From an uncultured candidate division Zixibacteria bacterium (lineage in GTDB: Bacteria; Zixibacteria; MSB-5A5; RBG-16-43-9), in assembly GCA_963713865.1 (NCBI GenBank), contig OY970208.1, forward strand, positions 1,176,520 through 1,240,519: DNA of 64,000 nucleotides, written 5' to 3'. Below, in pieces: positions 1 through 9,938 of this stretch (the first letter of the stretch is position 1; the number at the start of each line of letters is the position of its first letter). Under the pieces are notes generated by a model. The model saw only the letters and a program-made list of their open reading frames with translations, had not been told where the DNA came from and did no database searches. Both the position numbers and the translations under genes were made by a program.

Positions 1-126
1 TCAAACCTGAAGAGTGCCCCCTGTGTAAAGAAGGGAAAGTTTTAGTTAAGCCGGGAAGCAGGAAGATGGTTTGAGGTTGTTTTTATCAGGAGTGTAAACC
101 TTTAAGTTTACCAAATAGTGTGGTAA

Positions 127-158
127 CCCCGCCTTGTCTTCAAGGCGGGGTTTGTTTG
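127..158 (+). terminator. Rho-independent terminator-like hairpin (ccccgcctt / aaggcgggg) followed by T-rich tract
   Basis: 9-bp GC-rich inverted repeat with 6-nt loop, then tttgtttg; read directly from sequence. Confidence 0.5.
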
Positions 159-185
159 AATAGTAGCCGCAACCTTTAGTTCGCG

Positions 186-215
186 AAAAAAGAAAAACGC
201 AGACTTAAGTCTGCG
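186..215 (-). terminator. Rho-independent terminator for the TonB-like gene (hairpin GCAGAC-ttaa-GTCTGC followed by U-tract on minus strand)
   Basis: On minus strand the hairpin is immediately followed by tttttctttttt, about 10 nt downstream of the ORF stop at 228. Confidence 0.55.
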
Positions 216-227
216 GCTACCGGTTGA

Positions 228-680
228 TTATTTCAGGCTGAACTTAACTTTGTACTTCACCCAGACTGCTACTGGGTTACCTGCACTGAGAGCTGGTTTG
301 TATTCATACTGCAGAGCAGATTTTGTTGCTGGCTCGCAGAAGATATACGGCTTATCACTCGAATCTCTCAGGCACTCCACATCCCTGACTTTTCCCTGTC
401 TGTCGATTAGCGCCTTAATCCAGACCTCTCCTTCTATCCCTGCTTTTTTAGCTGAGTCAGGATAGACTGGCTGGACAGTTTTTATCGGTTGTGGTGCCTC
501 ATCATAGGTAACAAATTCATCCGGGGAAGGAAGGGAGTCCTCACTCAGGGCTTGAGCTTTTCCTGCAGAGGTGGTAGTATCTTCTCCAGCCATCTTCTCT
601 TTGTTCGCACTCTGTTTCTGGCAATAAAATGCTGTGGACAGTAGAAAAAGAGCGATAAGAAGAAGTATTACTTTTTTCAT
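228..680 (-). CDS. TonB C-terminal domain protein (energy transducer TonB family), N-terminal signal/anchor
   Basis: 150 aa; hydrophobic N-terminus; Pro-rich linker; C-terminal segment PVYPDSAKKAGIEGEVWIKALIDRQGKV typical of TonB_C. Confidence 0.55.
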   Translation of the reverse strand: MKKVILLLIALFLLSTAFYCQKQSANKEKMAGEDTTTSAGKAQALSEDSLPSPDEFVTYDEAPQPIKTVQPVYPDSAKKAGIEGEVWIKALIDRQGKVRDVECLRDSSDKPYIFCEPATKSALQYEYKPALSAGNPVAVWVKYKVKFSLK

Positions 681-765
681 CTTGATCCTCCTTTCGGTTA
701 AGATTTGTTTTTGTTTGCGTGTAAAGATATTAACATAGACTAAAATTTGTTGCTACCTGCTTTTA

Positions 766-1899
766 TTAAATTTTCATTTCATAAATCCTGTATTTCTTAT
801 AAAGCTTAGCCCCGAATGTTTCCAGGGCGTGATTGATTAGAAAGTTGTCCTCTAAATTCCAGGACATCTCTGCCCATTTATACCCTTTCTTCACCCCATT
901 CGTATAGGTGTCTATATAAAATACGGTATCGATCCCCCTCTTCTGATATTTATGAATTACGCCCATAGTTAAAAGTCTAAGCCCATCGATTACCTTATGA
1001 AATTTGGTGAACCAGAGAAGCTTGAAAATTCCAAAAGGGAAAAGCCTGCCATTTAGCTTAATCAACAATTGATTTATATCCGGCAAAGCCATTGAAAAAC
1101 CAGCCGGCTCTCCATCTACCTCAGCAATAAAGACTAAATCCGGGTCAACTATCTTTTTGAAATCTTTGGCTAAATGCTCAAACTCCTCATCCGTCATAGG
1201 GATTGCTCCCCAGTTTTCGCTCCAGGCTAAATTATAGATCTTTTTTATCTTTTCTATCTCACCTTCAAAATCATTTAAATTCAGTTTACGAACAACTATA
1301 TTCTTCTTTTTTCTCACCAGCTCAGCTATCCTTTTGAACCTTTCAGGGGGCCGAATACTTTTTTCCATGTAAAAAGCATATAGGTCTTTGGCTTTTACCA
1401 TACCGTATTTTTCCATAAAATCCAGGTAATATTTAGGATTGTAGGTCATCATAAAAACCGGTGGAAAATCAAACCCTTCTATGAGGAAGCCGAGCTCGTC
1501 ATTAACCGAGAAATTCATCGGTCCACGCATAAGCACCATACCTCTGGATTTAAGCCAATCTTTAACTTTATCCAGCAATTTTTTTGCCACTGCGAAATCC
1601 TCGATTGACTCAAAGAAGCCGAAAAATCCAGCTTTTTCCTGATGGGTCTCTATATGTTTGAAGTTCACCAGACCGGCGATTCGGCCGACTATCTTTTTAT
1701 CTTTTTCTGCTAAGAATAGAATTACATCAGCATGTTTATAAAATGGATTTTTTTCCGGATTGAAAAAGGCTTTTCTTTCGGAGATCAAAGGAGGGACCCA
1801 GTTTTTATCATATTTATAGATTTTCCAGGGAAATTGGATGAAATCGAGTAAATCCTTTTTGTTTTCCACTACTCTTATTTTAAGCTCTTCTTTTTCCAT
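766..1899 (-). CDS. GNAT-like N-acyltransferase family protein (about 380 aa two-lobed type)
   Basis: 377 aa ORF; overall resemblance to long GNAT/acyltransferase proteins; assignment from recall only. Confidence 0.35.
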   Translation of the reverse strand: MEKEELKIRVVENKKDLLDFIQFPWKIYKYDKNWVPPLISERKAFFNPEKNPFYKHADVILFLAEKDKKIVGRIAGLVNFKHIETHQEKAGFFGFFESIEDFAVAKKLLDKVKDWLKSRGMVLMRGPMNFSVNDELGFLIEGFDFPPVFMMTYNPKYYLDFMEKYGMVKAKDLYAFYMEKSIRPPERFKRIAELVRKKKNIVVRKLNLNDFEGEIEKIKKIYNLAWSENWGAIPMTDEEFEHLAKDFKKIVDPDLVFIAEVDGEPAGFSMALPDINQLLIKLNGRLFPFGIFKLLWFTKFHKVIDGLRLLTMGVIHKYQKRGIDTVFYIDTYTNGVKKGYKWAEMSWNLEDNFLINHALETFGAKLYKKYRIYEMKI

Positions 1900-2502
1900 C
1901 GAATAAGCTACCTCTCTTTTATCTGAAGACTCGCTTTTGGTAAGTTTATTTCCTGAACTAAGTCAAAAAAGAAATTAACACTTGAGTTTGGGTAAGGCAA
2001 TAGTTTTTTTAGTATTAAGATTTTTAGTGGTATAACAATATATGCTATATAGGATTGTTGCTTAATTCTTTTTTGGAGATATCTTATTTAAGGATAGGGT
2101 TTGTCCCTGTCCTAATCCTAATAAGGACAACAATATGAGTTGTCTCTGAATTAAATTCATCATCAACTAAAGAAATTTATAATAAAAGAAGGGAGCCTGC
2201 TTAGAAGACTATCTGGCGGGGGCACAAGTCTATGTCTAATTCTTCACTTAGCGGAATTACCTGTGCGTAGTCCTCGAAAGAGCAGCGCTCCCAAAAAAAG
2301 TTATCCTCAAAAAATATAAGCAACTTTTATGCCAGTTGTATATAAAAAGGAGACAATTGTAACCTTATGTTTAACATATACTTGACTTTAACTTTCTTTC
2401 TTTGCTATAACATGTTAATTTAAAAATGTTCAATTTTTAGACACTTTAGATCTTTACAGATTATATCCTTAATTCTATCTTAAAGTTACATAATAGTTTT
2501 TT

Positions 2503-2519
2503 TGTCAATTATATTGACA
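2503..2519. promoter_or_regulatory. Perfect 17-bp palindrome TGTCAAT-tat-ATTGACA, candidate operator / -35-like element about 180 bp upstream of ORF 2697
   Basis: Arms are exact reverse complements; lies in an 800-bp non-coding AT-rich region. Confidence 0.35.
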
Positions 2520-2696
2520 CTAAAACAGCTTAAGTGTTTTTGTCAGAGGCAGATTAACCTCGCCTGGGCGATTTTGAATAGGGCTACACTATAAAATAGA
2601 AGAATAAATAATATTATACCTGACAAACTTACCTTTAACAAATTCAAAAAATCTACTTTTATGATGGAAAAGATGAAAAATAACCAGATTTAGAAG

Positions 2697-4013
2697 ATGA
2701 AAATCAAAAAATTTTTCAAAAATTTAATAATAAAAGGAAGCCTTCCATCTAAAAAGGAAAACAACAAATCTTTTCCCCTTCAGGAAAAGGTTCTCAGCTC
2801 ATACAGACATCTACCATCAACACCACTTTCTAAAGGTTCATTTAGTTCTGAGGATAATGATATTATTCTTCCATCCCGGCAACTTTACGATCGTACCTTT
2901 AAAATCAAGCTTTACAGATTATTAAGAGATAATATTCCTGCAATAAATTCAGCTATCTGGACCTGGACCAGGCTCTCCTCTGCTCCCTCTTCTTACAAGC
3001 TAAAAGGGAGCGAGGACCAGGATATTCTAAATCAGGCTTCAAAAATAATCTCGAACTTAGACCGAAGAGTCTACCAGCACTCCTTCCACAAATTTGGTGG
3101 AATTGAAGCTTTGCTTACTCAATTCTTCTACTCCCTTTTCACGGATGGGGCGGTATGTGGAGAATTAGTTTTAAACCCTTCGCAAAATCGTTTAGATAAG
3201 TTCTATTTTATCGATCCCTCTACCATAAGGTTCAAGTTATCCAGAACAAACTATGAGCTTTATCAAGAAATTGATGGGGAAATGATTAGACTGAATCAGA
3301 ATTCAACTTACTATTATGGTTTGGACCCTGATCCGGAAGACCCTTGTGGGAGAAGCATTTTATCCTCTATCCCTTTTGTTACCAGGATTGAACAGAGATT
3401 GCTTTCGGATATGCAGAAAAGTATGCATAATGCCGGGTATCATCGTCTGCATGTAAAGCTAAAACCACCAGAAAGGTTGCCTTCTGAATCGAATGAGGCT
3501 TATATCGGTAGAGCTAATCGTTATTTTGAGGATACTGTGGAGATGATGAGAAAAATTTCGGTGGAAGATAATCCGATAACCTGGAACGATGTGCAGATAG
3601 ATTATATCGGACCCCAGGGGGGTTATGCTGCCACCACTTCCTGGTATATTAATCATAAAGCCTTAATTGAGGAGATCTGTGCAGGTGTTCACTTAGATCC
3701 GTTTATCTTAGGGTATTCTTATGGAGCGCCCTATAGCTGGGCACAGATAAAATATGAGATGATTCAAAGGAACATAATCTCCATCCAGGCTTCCGCTAAA
3801 CGCTTTATGGAATGGATACACAATTTAGAGCTGGCGCTTCAAGGGTTAGATTTAGAATACGAGCATCATTTTGATAACCGAAAGACTTTTGGTCTATTAG
3901 AACAAAGACAGGCAGAGAAAATCGCTCTGGAGAATATTATTTTGAAAAAGAATACCGGATTGATAGATGAAGAAGAGGCGAAAAGGGAAATAAAAATAAC
4001 TGATGACAAATGA
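2697..4013 (+). CDS. Hypothetical protein co-oriented directly upstream of terminase large subunit (portal-like role possible but unproven)
   Basis: 438 aa ORF, no motif I can recognise; size and adjacency to TerL are the only arguments. Confidence 0.4.
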   Translation: MKIKKFFKNLIIKGSLPSKKENNKSFPLQEKVLSSYRHLPSTPLSKGSFSSEDNDIILPSRQLYDRTFKIKLYRLLRDNIPAINSAIWTWTRLSSAPSSYKLKGSEDQDILNQASKIISNLDRRVYQHSFHKFGGIEALLTQFFYSLFTDGAVCGELVLNPSQNRLDKFYFIDPSTIRFKLSRTNYELYQEIDGEMIRLNQNSTYYYGLDPDPEDPCGRSILSSIPFVTRIEQRLLSDMQKSMHNAGYHRLHVKLKPPERLPSESNEAYIGRANRYFEDTVEMMRKISVEDNPITWNDVQIDYIGPQGGYAATTSWYINHKALIEEICAGVHLDPFILGYSYGAPYSWAQIKYEMIQRNIISIQASAKRFMEWIHNLELALQGLDLEYEHHFDNRKTFGLLEQRQAEKIALENIILKKNTGLIDEEEAKREIKITDDK

Positions 4014-4176
4014 CAGATAAATAAAGGTTCAAAGGTTCAAAAACTCAATGGTTTAAAGGGAAATGAAAAAAGAAGATTAAAACATAGAAGTTAAAATGTT
4101 TCAGTGCTTATCAGTTCCTATGAGGTAGAAATACCTCGGGGATTTATCCCCTCTCCTTTTTAAGGAGAGGGTCGGA

Positions 4177-5628
4177 GTGAGGTTATTTTTTCGCTCACAT
4201 CTTTTTTTCATCCTTCGGCATCCGTCGTTAGTAGTTATTTTTTTAATCTGTCATCTTCTATTTTGCTTTCGTTATTTTCTATTTGTAGGTGATTTATTGG
4301 ATAAACAATATCTCTGGAGAAAAGCGCTTAAAGACCCGCTCTATTTTGCCCGTGAATTCTTAGAGATTGAGCCTCATCCCGGTCAGGCCCTCTGGCTAAA
4401 GAGCTCAATCAAACCAGAAAACGCACTGCACACCGGGAATCGCTGGGGGAAAAGCCTTTGCCAGGCGATAAAAATCGTTCATCGCTCGATTTTTAAAATC
4501 CGCAAGACTAGATATAATACCACAGAAAAATATACGGCAGTAAATGTATCTGTAACCCTTGACCAGGCAAAGATAATCTTCGATAAAGCAGTCGGTTTTT
4601 TAAAAGGGAAAAAGATATTAGAGCCTTTGGTTCAGGATATAAGGTCAACTCCGTTTCCACATATCGTCTTCTCCAATTCTGCGGTTTTCTGGGCACGCTC
4701 CACTCAGAGAAAAGGGGAATATCTTTTAGGATATGATTATGACTATTGTAATTTCGATGAAGTTGCCTTTGAGCCTCATCCTGAATATGTGGTTAATAAT
4801 GTGATTATGATGAGACTTTGTGATCGAGCCGGGATGTTAGATTATACTTCTACCCCTAAGGGTAAAAACTGGTTCTATCGCAAATGCTTAGAGTTAAAAT
4901 CTCATCTAGAATATGGATATGTCCAGGGGGGCGACACCCGGGAAAATTCTCATATCTCCACTGAGTATATTCAAAGGAAATTGAAAACACTGTCAAATTC
5001 CAAGGTCGAGCAGAATATAATGGGAAATTTTATAGATGACCCGGATCAGGTTATAGAGGAAAAATATATCAGTCAGGCAACCTCAAATTCTTCTGGACTT
5101 TCTTCTCCTAAAGAAGGACATCGCTATTCAACTGGATGGGATTTAGCGCGAAAAAGAAACTATACCGTAGGGATAACTTTAGACATTTCCAGCAAGCCAT
5201 ACCAGCTGGTCTCCCTGGAGAGATTTCAAAGGGGTTGGAAAGAGACGATTGAGTCGATCAGGAAAAGAAAGAAGGATTATGGGGGAGAGGTTTTGATAGA
5301 TTCAACTGGTTTAGGGGATGTGATCTTAGAGGAGTTAAAAGATATAAATGTTAGAGGGTTTAATTTCGGGGAAAAAGGGGGAAAGGTTAAATCTGAGCTT
5401 ATTGCCAATTTGCAAAAGGAGCATTCATTAAGTAATATTGCTTATCCTTATGTTGAGTTTATAGAAGAAGACGGTTCCCTGTGGTCTTTACAGGATGAAT
5501 TAAGGGATTTTACTTGGGATACTAAGGAAAACTGTGATGCGGTGATGGCACTAGCGTTAGCCCTGTGGAATGTGAGAACCCCGGAACAGCTTCCCCTGAT
5601 TCTGGTGCCGAGGGTGGAAAAAATCTAA
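4177..5628 (+). CDS. Phage terminase large subunit-like ATPase-nuclease (TerL); true start probably an internal TTG near 4296 preceded by aggtga RBS
   Basis: Q-motif (EPHPGQ) about 15 aa before Walker A-like GNRWGKS; Walker B-like YCNFDEVAF; coupling motif YTSTPKGKNWFY; C-terminal RNase-H-like acidic clusters (GWDLARKRNYTVGITLD, LIDSTGLGD, TKENCDAVMALALALW). First 40 codons overlap a repeat element and look non-coding. Confidence 0.7.
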   Translation: MRLFFRSHLFFILRHPSLVVIFLICHLLFCFRYFLFVGDLLDKQYLWRKALKDPLYFAREFLEIEPHPGQALWLKSSIKPENALHTGNRWGKSLCQAIKIVHRSIFKIRKTRYNTTEKYTAVNVSVTLDQAKIIFDKAVGFLKGKKILEPLVQDIRSTPFPHIVFSNSAVFWARSTQRKGEYLLGYDYDYCNFDEVAFEPHPEYVVNNVIMMRLCDRAGMLDYTSTPKGKNWFYRKCLELKSHLEYGYVQGGDTRENSHISTEYIQRKLKTLSNSKVEQNIMGNFIDDPDQVIEEKYISQATSNSSGLSSPKEGHRYSTGWDLARKRNYTVGITLDISSKPYQLVSLERFQRGWKETIESIRKRKKDYGGEVLIDSTGLGDVILEELKDINVRGFNFGEKGGKVKSELIANLQKEHSLSNIAYPYVEFIEEDGSLWSLQDELRDFTWDTKENCDAVMALALALWNVRTPEQLPLILVPRVEKI

Positions 5629-5669
5629 ATTATAGAGGCAAGGGTGTATGGCATTACATCCCTATTTAT

Positions 5670-6314
5670 CTAAAAAGGTAGAATCTCTTTTATCTTTGGC
5701 AGAAAAGTCTTGAGAAAATCTTCAAGCACAAGCTGAGCTTCTTTTTCCGAGATCTGGTTTAGAGACAGGTTTATGCGGACAAGGACGGCATCAGTAGGTG
5801 CTCTTTTTAACGAATTTAAAACCAGATCTAGTTTCAATCCTAACTCGCTGGTTATTATCCTGCTTCTGGTTTGAAACCAGTAATACATAACTTCTCTGGA
5901 CAGCTTATCGGAGATCAAAAGTTTATTTACCTTAAGGTCTGAGCCTGTATCTGTTTTGATCAGAATCTTCCTTCGACTCATAATCTTCCAGCCGCTACCG
6001 GGCAGGCAGTTCTTGGGGGAGTGAATCTGTGAACCATATTTCTGGCTCTTAAAATAGGCGATGAAAAGCCAGAGTTCTTTTCCTTCACTACTGGTATATT
6101 TCCTGAAAGCATAAGTATCAGCTTTGAGGACCTGGTTGGTCTCATCAGAAAAGAAATATTCCTGACCGTTCCAGTCTGCGTACTGAAGAGGGAGAGAGGA
6201 AAAGAGAGGGAATCTCTTCGATTCGACTCGAGAGTAGCGCAGGATATTTATCAGTATCCCGGTTAGAACAAAAAGGATCAGGACTATCCAGAATTCTTTT
6301 TTTTTAAAGCCCAT
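5670..6314 (-). CDS. EpsI-family protein (exosortase-associated EpsI-like), N-terminal TM anchor
   Basis: 214 aa; N-terminal TM helix; motif IHSPKNCLPGSGW matches the HSPxxCLPGxGW signature I recall for EpsI; no exosortase gene in window. Confidence 0.45.
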   Translation of the reverse strand: MGFKKKEFWIVLILFVLTGILINILRYSRVESKRFPLFSSLPLQYADWNGQEYFFSDETNQVLKADTYAFRKYTSSEGKELWLFIAYFKSQKYGSQIHSPKNCLPGSGWKIMSRRKILIKTDTGSDLKVNKLLISDKLSREVMYYWFQTRSRIITSELGLKLDLVLNSLKRAPTDAVLVRINLSLNQISEKEAQLVLEDFLKTFLPKIKEILPF

Positions 6315-6363
6315 AACTTTAACCTCAGAGGAAATATAAAAAAGGATAGGGAAAAGTCAACCC

Positions 6364-7839
6364 TTAGAGTATAAATTCAGAAAGGTCTATCTTATATTTC
6401 TGGGGATCCAGGCACCTCACTGGCATCTTAGATTCCTCCATTTCCGCAGGATATTCTGAGCTTTGGCCCAAATCCAGAGTCTCAGGTGTTTTTTTAATCC
6501 CATTCTGGTCTGCGATAATTTTTAGTTTGGGTAGAGTGAGGTTCTCCGGATTATTTTTTATCACTATCCCTATCTCCCCGGTATTTAAAAGGACCAGGGA
6601 GCCCACCGGATAAACCCCCAAGATATTTATAAAAAGTTTCAACAAGCAGGAATCATAAACTTTATCCCGGGCATAAAACATCTTCCTCAAAGCTTCATCC
6701 GGCAGATAAGGGGTTTTAATATATACCCGGCCCGAGGTCATAGCATCATAAGCATCGGCAATGCTTACTATACGGGAGAACAGGTTTAACTCTCTTTTGT
6801 TTTTAACCTTAGGATAACCGGAAAGGTCGAGGTTCAGATGGTGTTCAAAACTAACCAGCATAGCCCTCATTGAAAAGGGATCGAACTTTAAACTGATTAA
6901 AAGGTTTTTTACTCCCCAGATCGGGTGTTTTTTCATCCTCGTCCATTCGGATTCATTGAATTCAGAAGGTTTGTTTAAAAGCTCCAAGGGTAAATTTGTT
7001 TTTCCAATATCGTGAAACAGGGCGGCAAGGCCTAATTCGCTTAACTTCTTTTTGTTTAAACCCAATCTCAATCCCAGGATTAAGGAGAGGATACAGACGT
7101 TGGTAGAATGGAGATAAGTATATTCATCGTAGTTTCTTAAAGAAGAAAGCTCTAAGAAGATCTCCTCGTTCAGCAGGAGCTGATCTACTAAAGATTGAAC
7201 TACCCTTTTCACTTTAACCAGATTTATCTCTTTACCTGCCTGAGCTCTCTGGCTGATCTCTCGCACCATAGAGAAAGCTTTGGTGAAAGTTTTTTTCGCA
7301 ACCTTTCGCTGGTCTAAAGAGATCTGGTCAGCTTCTAAAACGGAAGACTCTTTTTCCTTTTCCAGGTGAAGGTTCTGGAGATTTTCCTCAAAGATTTTTT
7401 TCTCCAAACTTTCAAATGGCTCCATATCCTCAGTATCTATTTGTGCTAGAATATAGATCAAGCTTTGCAAATCCTTCTGGGTTAATCCGTCCTCCAGAGC
7501 AAGTTTATAGATCTTCAGTTTTTTCAAGAACTCCAGGATAAATCGGCTGGCAACATAATTTTCGAAATCGAATCTCAGACGGGCTTGATTTAAAAACAGA
7601 TAACCTTCCTGGGTGCTTAAGTTAAGCTCACCCTCCTTTTCAATTAACTCCCTGACTAAATCCATCAGGGGATGGATCTGTTTCTGGAAAGCGGCATTAT
7701 TCGGTTCGTATATAAGGGAGGTCTTAAGGGTAGAATAGAATAGATTTATAAACACCTTCCCTTTTTCTAAAAGATGTAAAGACGCCTCTTTCTTCTCTTT
7801 TCTTTCCTGAGCATTAACCGGTTCAACTAACTTATTCAA
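6364..7839 (-). CDS. HD-GYP domain c-di-GMP phosphodiesterase-like protein with about 200 aa N-terminal domain of unknown function
   Basis: HDIGK, HHLNLDLSGYP, SIADAYDAMTSGRVY motifs. Confidence 0.8.
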   Translation of the reverse strand: MNKLVEPVNAQERKEKKEASLHLLEKGKVFINLFYSTLKTSLIYEPNNAAFQKQIHPLMDLVRELIEKEGELNLSTQEGYLFLNQARLRFDFENYVASRFILEFLKKLKIYKLALEDGLTQKDLQSLIYILAQIDTEDMEPFESLEKKIFEENLQNLHLEKEKESSVLEADQISLDQRKVAKKTFTKAFSMVREISQRAQAGKEINLVKVKRVVQSLVDQLLLNEEIFLELSSLRNYDEYTYLHSTNVCILSLILGLRLGLNKKKLSELGLAALFHDIGKTNLPLELLNKPSEFNESEWTRMKKHPIWGVKNLLISLKFDPFSMRAMLVSFEHHLNLDLSGYPKVKNKRELNLFSRIVSIADAYDAMTSGRVYIKTPYLPDEALRKMFYARDKVYDSCLLKLFINILGVYPVGSLVLLNTGEIGIVIKNNPENLTLPKLKIIADQNGIKKTPETLDLGQSSEYPAEMEESKMPVRCLDPQKYKIDLSEFIL

Positions 7840-7853
7840 ATTTCATACTCCCG

Positions 7854-9602
7854 TTATTTGCCGAGATCTTTTCGGCTCCTCTCCGAGGTGGAGACTTTTT
7901 CCCACAAAGCTTTAGCTTGTTTCTGGATTTTCTTTTTACTTTTTAAACCAAACTCTTTTAGACTCTCCTGGCTTAAGGAAGTCCCGATTGAGGCTAAAGA
8001 TTTTAAAGCCAGAGAAGAAGTCTCCGTTTGTTTTTCTCTTTTGAACCAGACTTTTTTCAGGATCAGCTTCTTGAGCAAGGGGATAGCCTCATCTTTACCT
8101 ATCTTGGCCCAGGTTTCCAAAAGGGTCTCTTTCTCCACACGATTTTTATCTCTGAAATCTTTTCTCAAAAATAGAGCTGAGACGTAATCCAGAGCCTCCT
8201 GGGTAGGTAACCTCTGGCTTAATACTTTCGCTGCTTTGAGCCTGAGCCTTTCATCCGGATCCGCTAAGACATTCAAAAGAATGGAAGTTCCCTCTTTTCC
8301 CTCGATGTGAGAGAGAGCTTCTAAGGTCTCTTTCCTTACTCTTATATCCTCATGGGCAATGGTTTTCTTCAGATAGGGGAGGGCAAGGGGGGAGCTGATT
8401 CTTCCGAAGATACCTACGATATTTCTGACCACATACCATCTGCGGTCATAAATCCCTTTGCTTAAAAGATTGATATTCTTTTCCCCTACATTCTCCAGAA
8501 TCGAGCAGACCATCTTCCGGCTGGCAAAATTTTCCAGTTCACCTAACATATCTACAAAATCAGGGATACTGTTCCAGCTTAAAAGGCTAAGATATTTTTT
8601 AACTGAGAAAAGGTCTAAACTTATTTTCTGATTCAAAATCTGGGTCAGGATTCTCATCCTCTCTTTATCTCCAGCCCGGTCAGCTGCTTCTTTAATCCTT
8701 ATGGTTCTATTTGACTGACCTGTATCAGCTTCAGTTTTCTCTAAGTTTTTCAGAAGAAGCAATAACTCTGAGGCTAAATAGAAGTCCCCTTGACCGATCA
8801 GGGAGTCCAAAAGTTTTTCAAAAAGCTTAACTGTCTCTGAAAACTCGTGGTATTCCTTTTCGCTGAAAAGGATTTCCTCTAAAACGGCGAAGCTCTCTTT
8901 TAAGGGTTCGAAGCTTTCGTCTTTCTCTAAAAGGGTTTTTAGCTCTTCTAATTCCTTCTCCGGAACAAGGTCTAAATCCCGGAGAAACCTATCGACTTCA
9001 ATTTTATGGGGTAGCTCTTTCAAATTTTCAGTTTTTCCTTCTAAATTTACCTCAGAATAATAAAGCTTCTTTAAGTCTTTTTCCCCTACCGGTTGAGGTA
9101 AATCGACAAGTTCCTCGCTTAAGAATTCATCCACCACTAAAAATTTTATATGCGCTAATTCTTTTTCCCAGAAAAGGGTAACCAGATCGTCCTCTGGCAG
9201 AGTAGATTTCAGACCACGGCTTATTATCTCCAGAAAAGCAAAAAGCTCTTCCTGGTCCATTCCTTTCTGGAAAGCGATCTCCCTGATCCCATCCCGGTAA
9301 AAGGCAAAGGAGATCCCTTCATCTTTTTTCTCCTCTTTTACGACAACTTTATCTTTATATAATAGTTGAGATTGAGCCACCCTGAATTTAAGCTCCTCGT
9401 TTTCCTGCAGGTAAGCTGAGAGTTTTTTGAACAGGTTATTCTTGAACTCTTTAGGTATAGGATTATCCGCTGGATAGATGCAGAAGATCTTGAGAGTCTT
9501 GATCAAAAGGTTGGTTATCTCCTGAACCCCTTTGGGGAGCTCAACTGAGAAGTTCTGGAACTCTTCTGATTCCGCTTTAACAATTCTTGATTCTTCAAGC
9601 AT
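7854..9602 (-). CDS. HEAT/PBS-lyase repeat protein
   Basis: 582 aa, Glu/Lys-rich; C-terminal repeated helical units (RVRKETLEAL..., ERLRLKAAKVL...). Confidence 0.5.
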   Translation of the reverse strand: MLEESRIVKAESEEFQNFSVELPKGVQEITNLLIKTLKIFCIYPADNPIPKEFKNNLFKKLSAYLQENEELKFRVAQSQLLYKDKVVVKEEKKDEGISFAFYRDGIREIAFQKGMDQEELFAFLEIISRGLKSTLPEDDLVTLFWEKELAHIKFLVVDEFLSEELVDLPQPVGEKDLKKLYYSEVNLEGKTENLKELPHKIEVDRFLRDLDLVPEKELEELKTLLEKDESFEPLKESFAVLEEILFSEKEYHEFSETVKLFEKLLDSLIGQGDFYLASELLLLLKNLEKTEADTGQSNRTIRIKEAADRAGDKERMRILTQILNQKISLDLFSVKKYLSLLSWNSIPDFVDMLGELENFASRKMVCSILENVGEKNINLLSKGIYDRRWYVVRNIVGIFGRISSPLALPYLKKTIAHEDIRVRKETLEALSHIEGKEGTSILLNVLADPDERLRLKAAKVLSQRLPTQEALDYVSALFLRKDFRDKNRVEKETLLETWAKIGKDEAIPLLKKLILKKVWFKREKQTETSSLALKSLASIGTSLSQESLKEFGLKSKKKIQKQAKALWEKVSTSERSRKDLGK

Positions 9603-9707
9603 AATTACTCACGCGGCGAATCCTTTAAAGGGATTTCTACCTTTCTTATTAATTATCGTCAGATTTGAGAAGCTATTTAGAGAAGAAAGGAAGGTATAAG
9701 AGTGAAA

Positions 9708-9735
9708 GTAGGGGTTCAAAATTTTGAACCCCTAC
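9708..9735. repeat. 28-bp perfect palindrome gtaggggttcaaaa/ttttgaacccctac (GGTTCAAA motif family)
   Basis: Exact inverted repeat; related copy at 22240-22270. Confidence 0.7.
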
Positions 9736-9938
9736 TCGTGATTGCCATCCGCCTGCGACGGACTGAACCTGGTTAGTCAAGATTCTTCCGTCAGGTTGGG
9801 GGGGACCTGACGGTCACGTGAAACCATCAGAGCTGTTATACTGAGCCCGTAGGGTGAGGTATCTAAAACCAAAAAGAATAGATTCTTCCTCCCGTAGGGG
9901 GTGACAAAAAATGGTTTTCTACTTTTTAGATTGTATTT

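Noticed and set aside
2191-2292. SRP (4.5S) RNA
   Set aside because: The GAAA tetraloop with GCAGC flank resembles the SRP domain IV apex, but it is not at the apex of the overall hairpin and the 5-prime side lacks the conserved partner strand.
2697-5628. Intact prophage
   Set aside because: Only TerL and one partner ORF are present; no integrase, capsid, tail or lysis genes within 2.5 kb on either side.
7858-8187. 109-aa plus-strand ORF
   Set aside because: Antisense within the HEAT-repeat gene.
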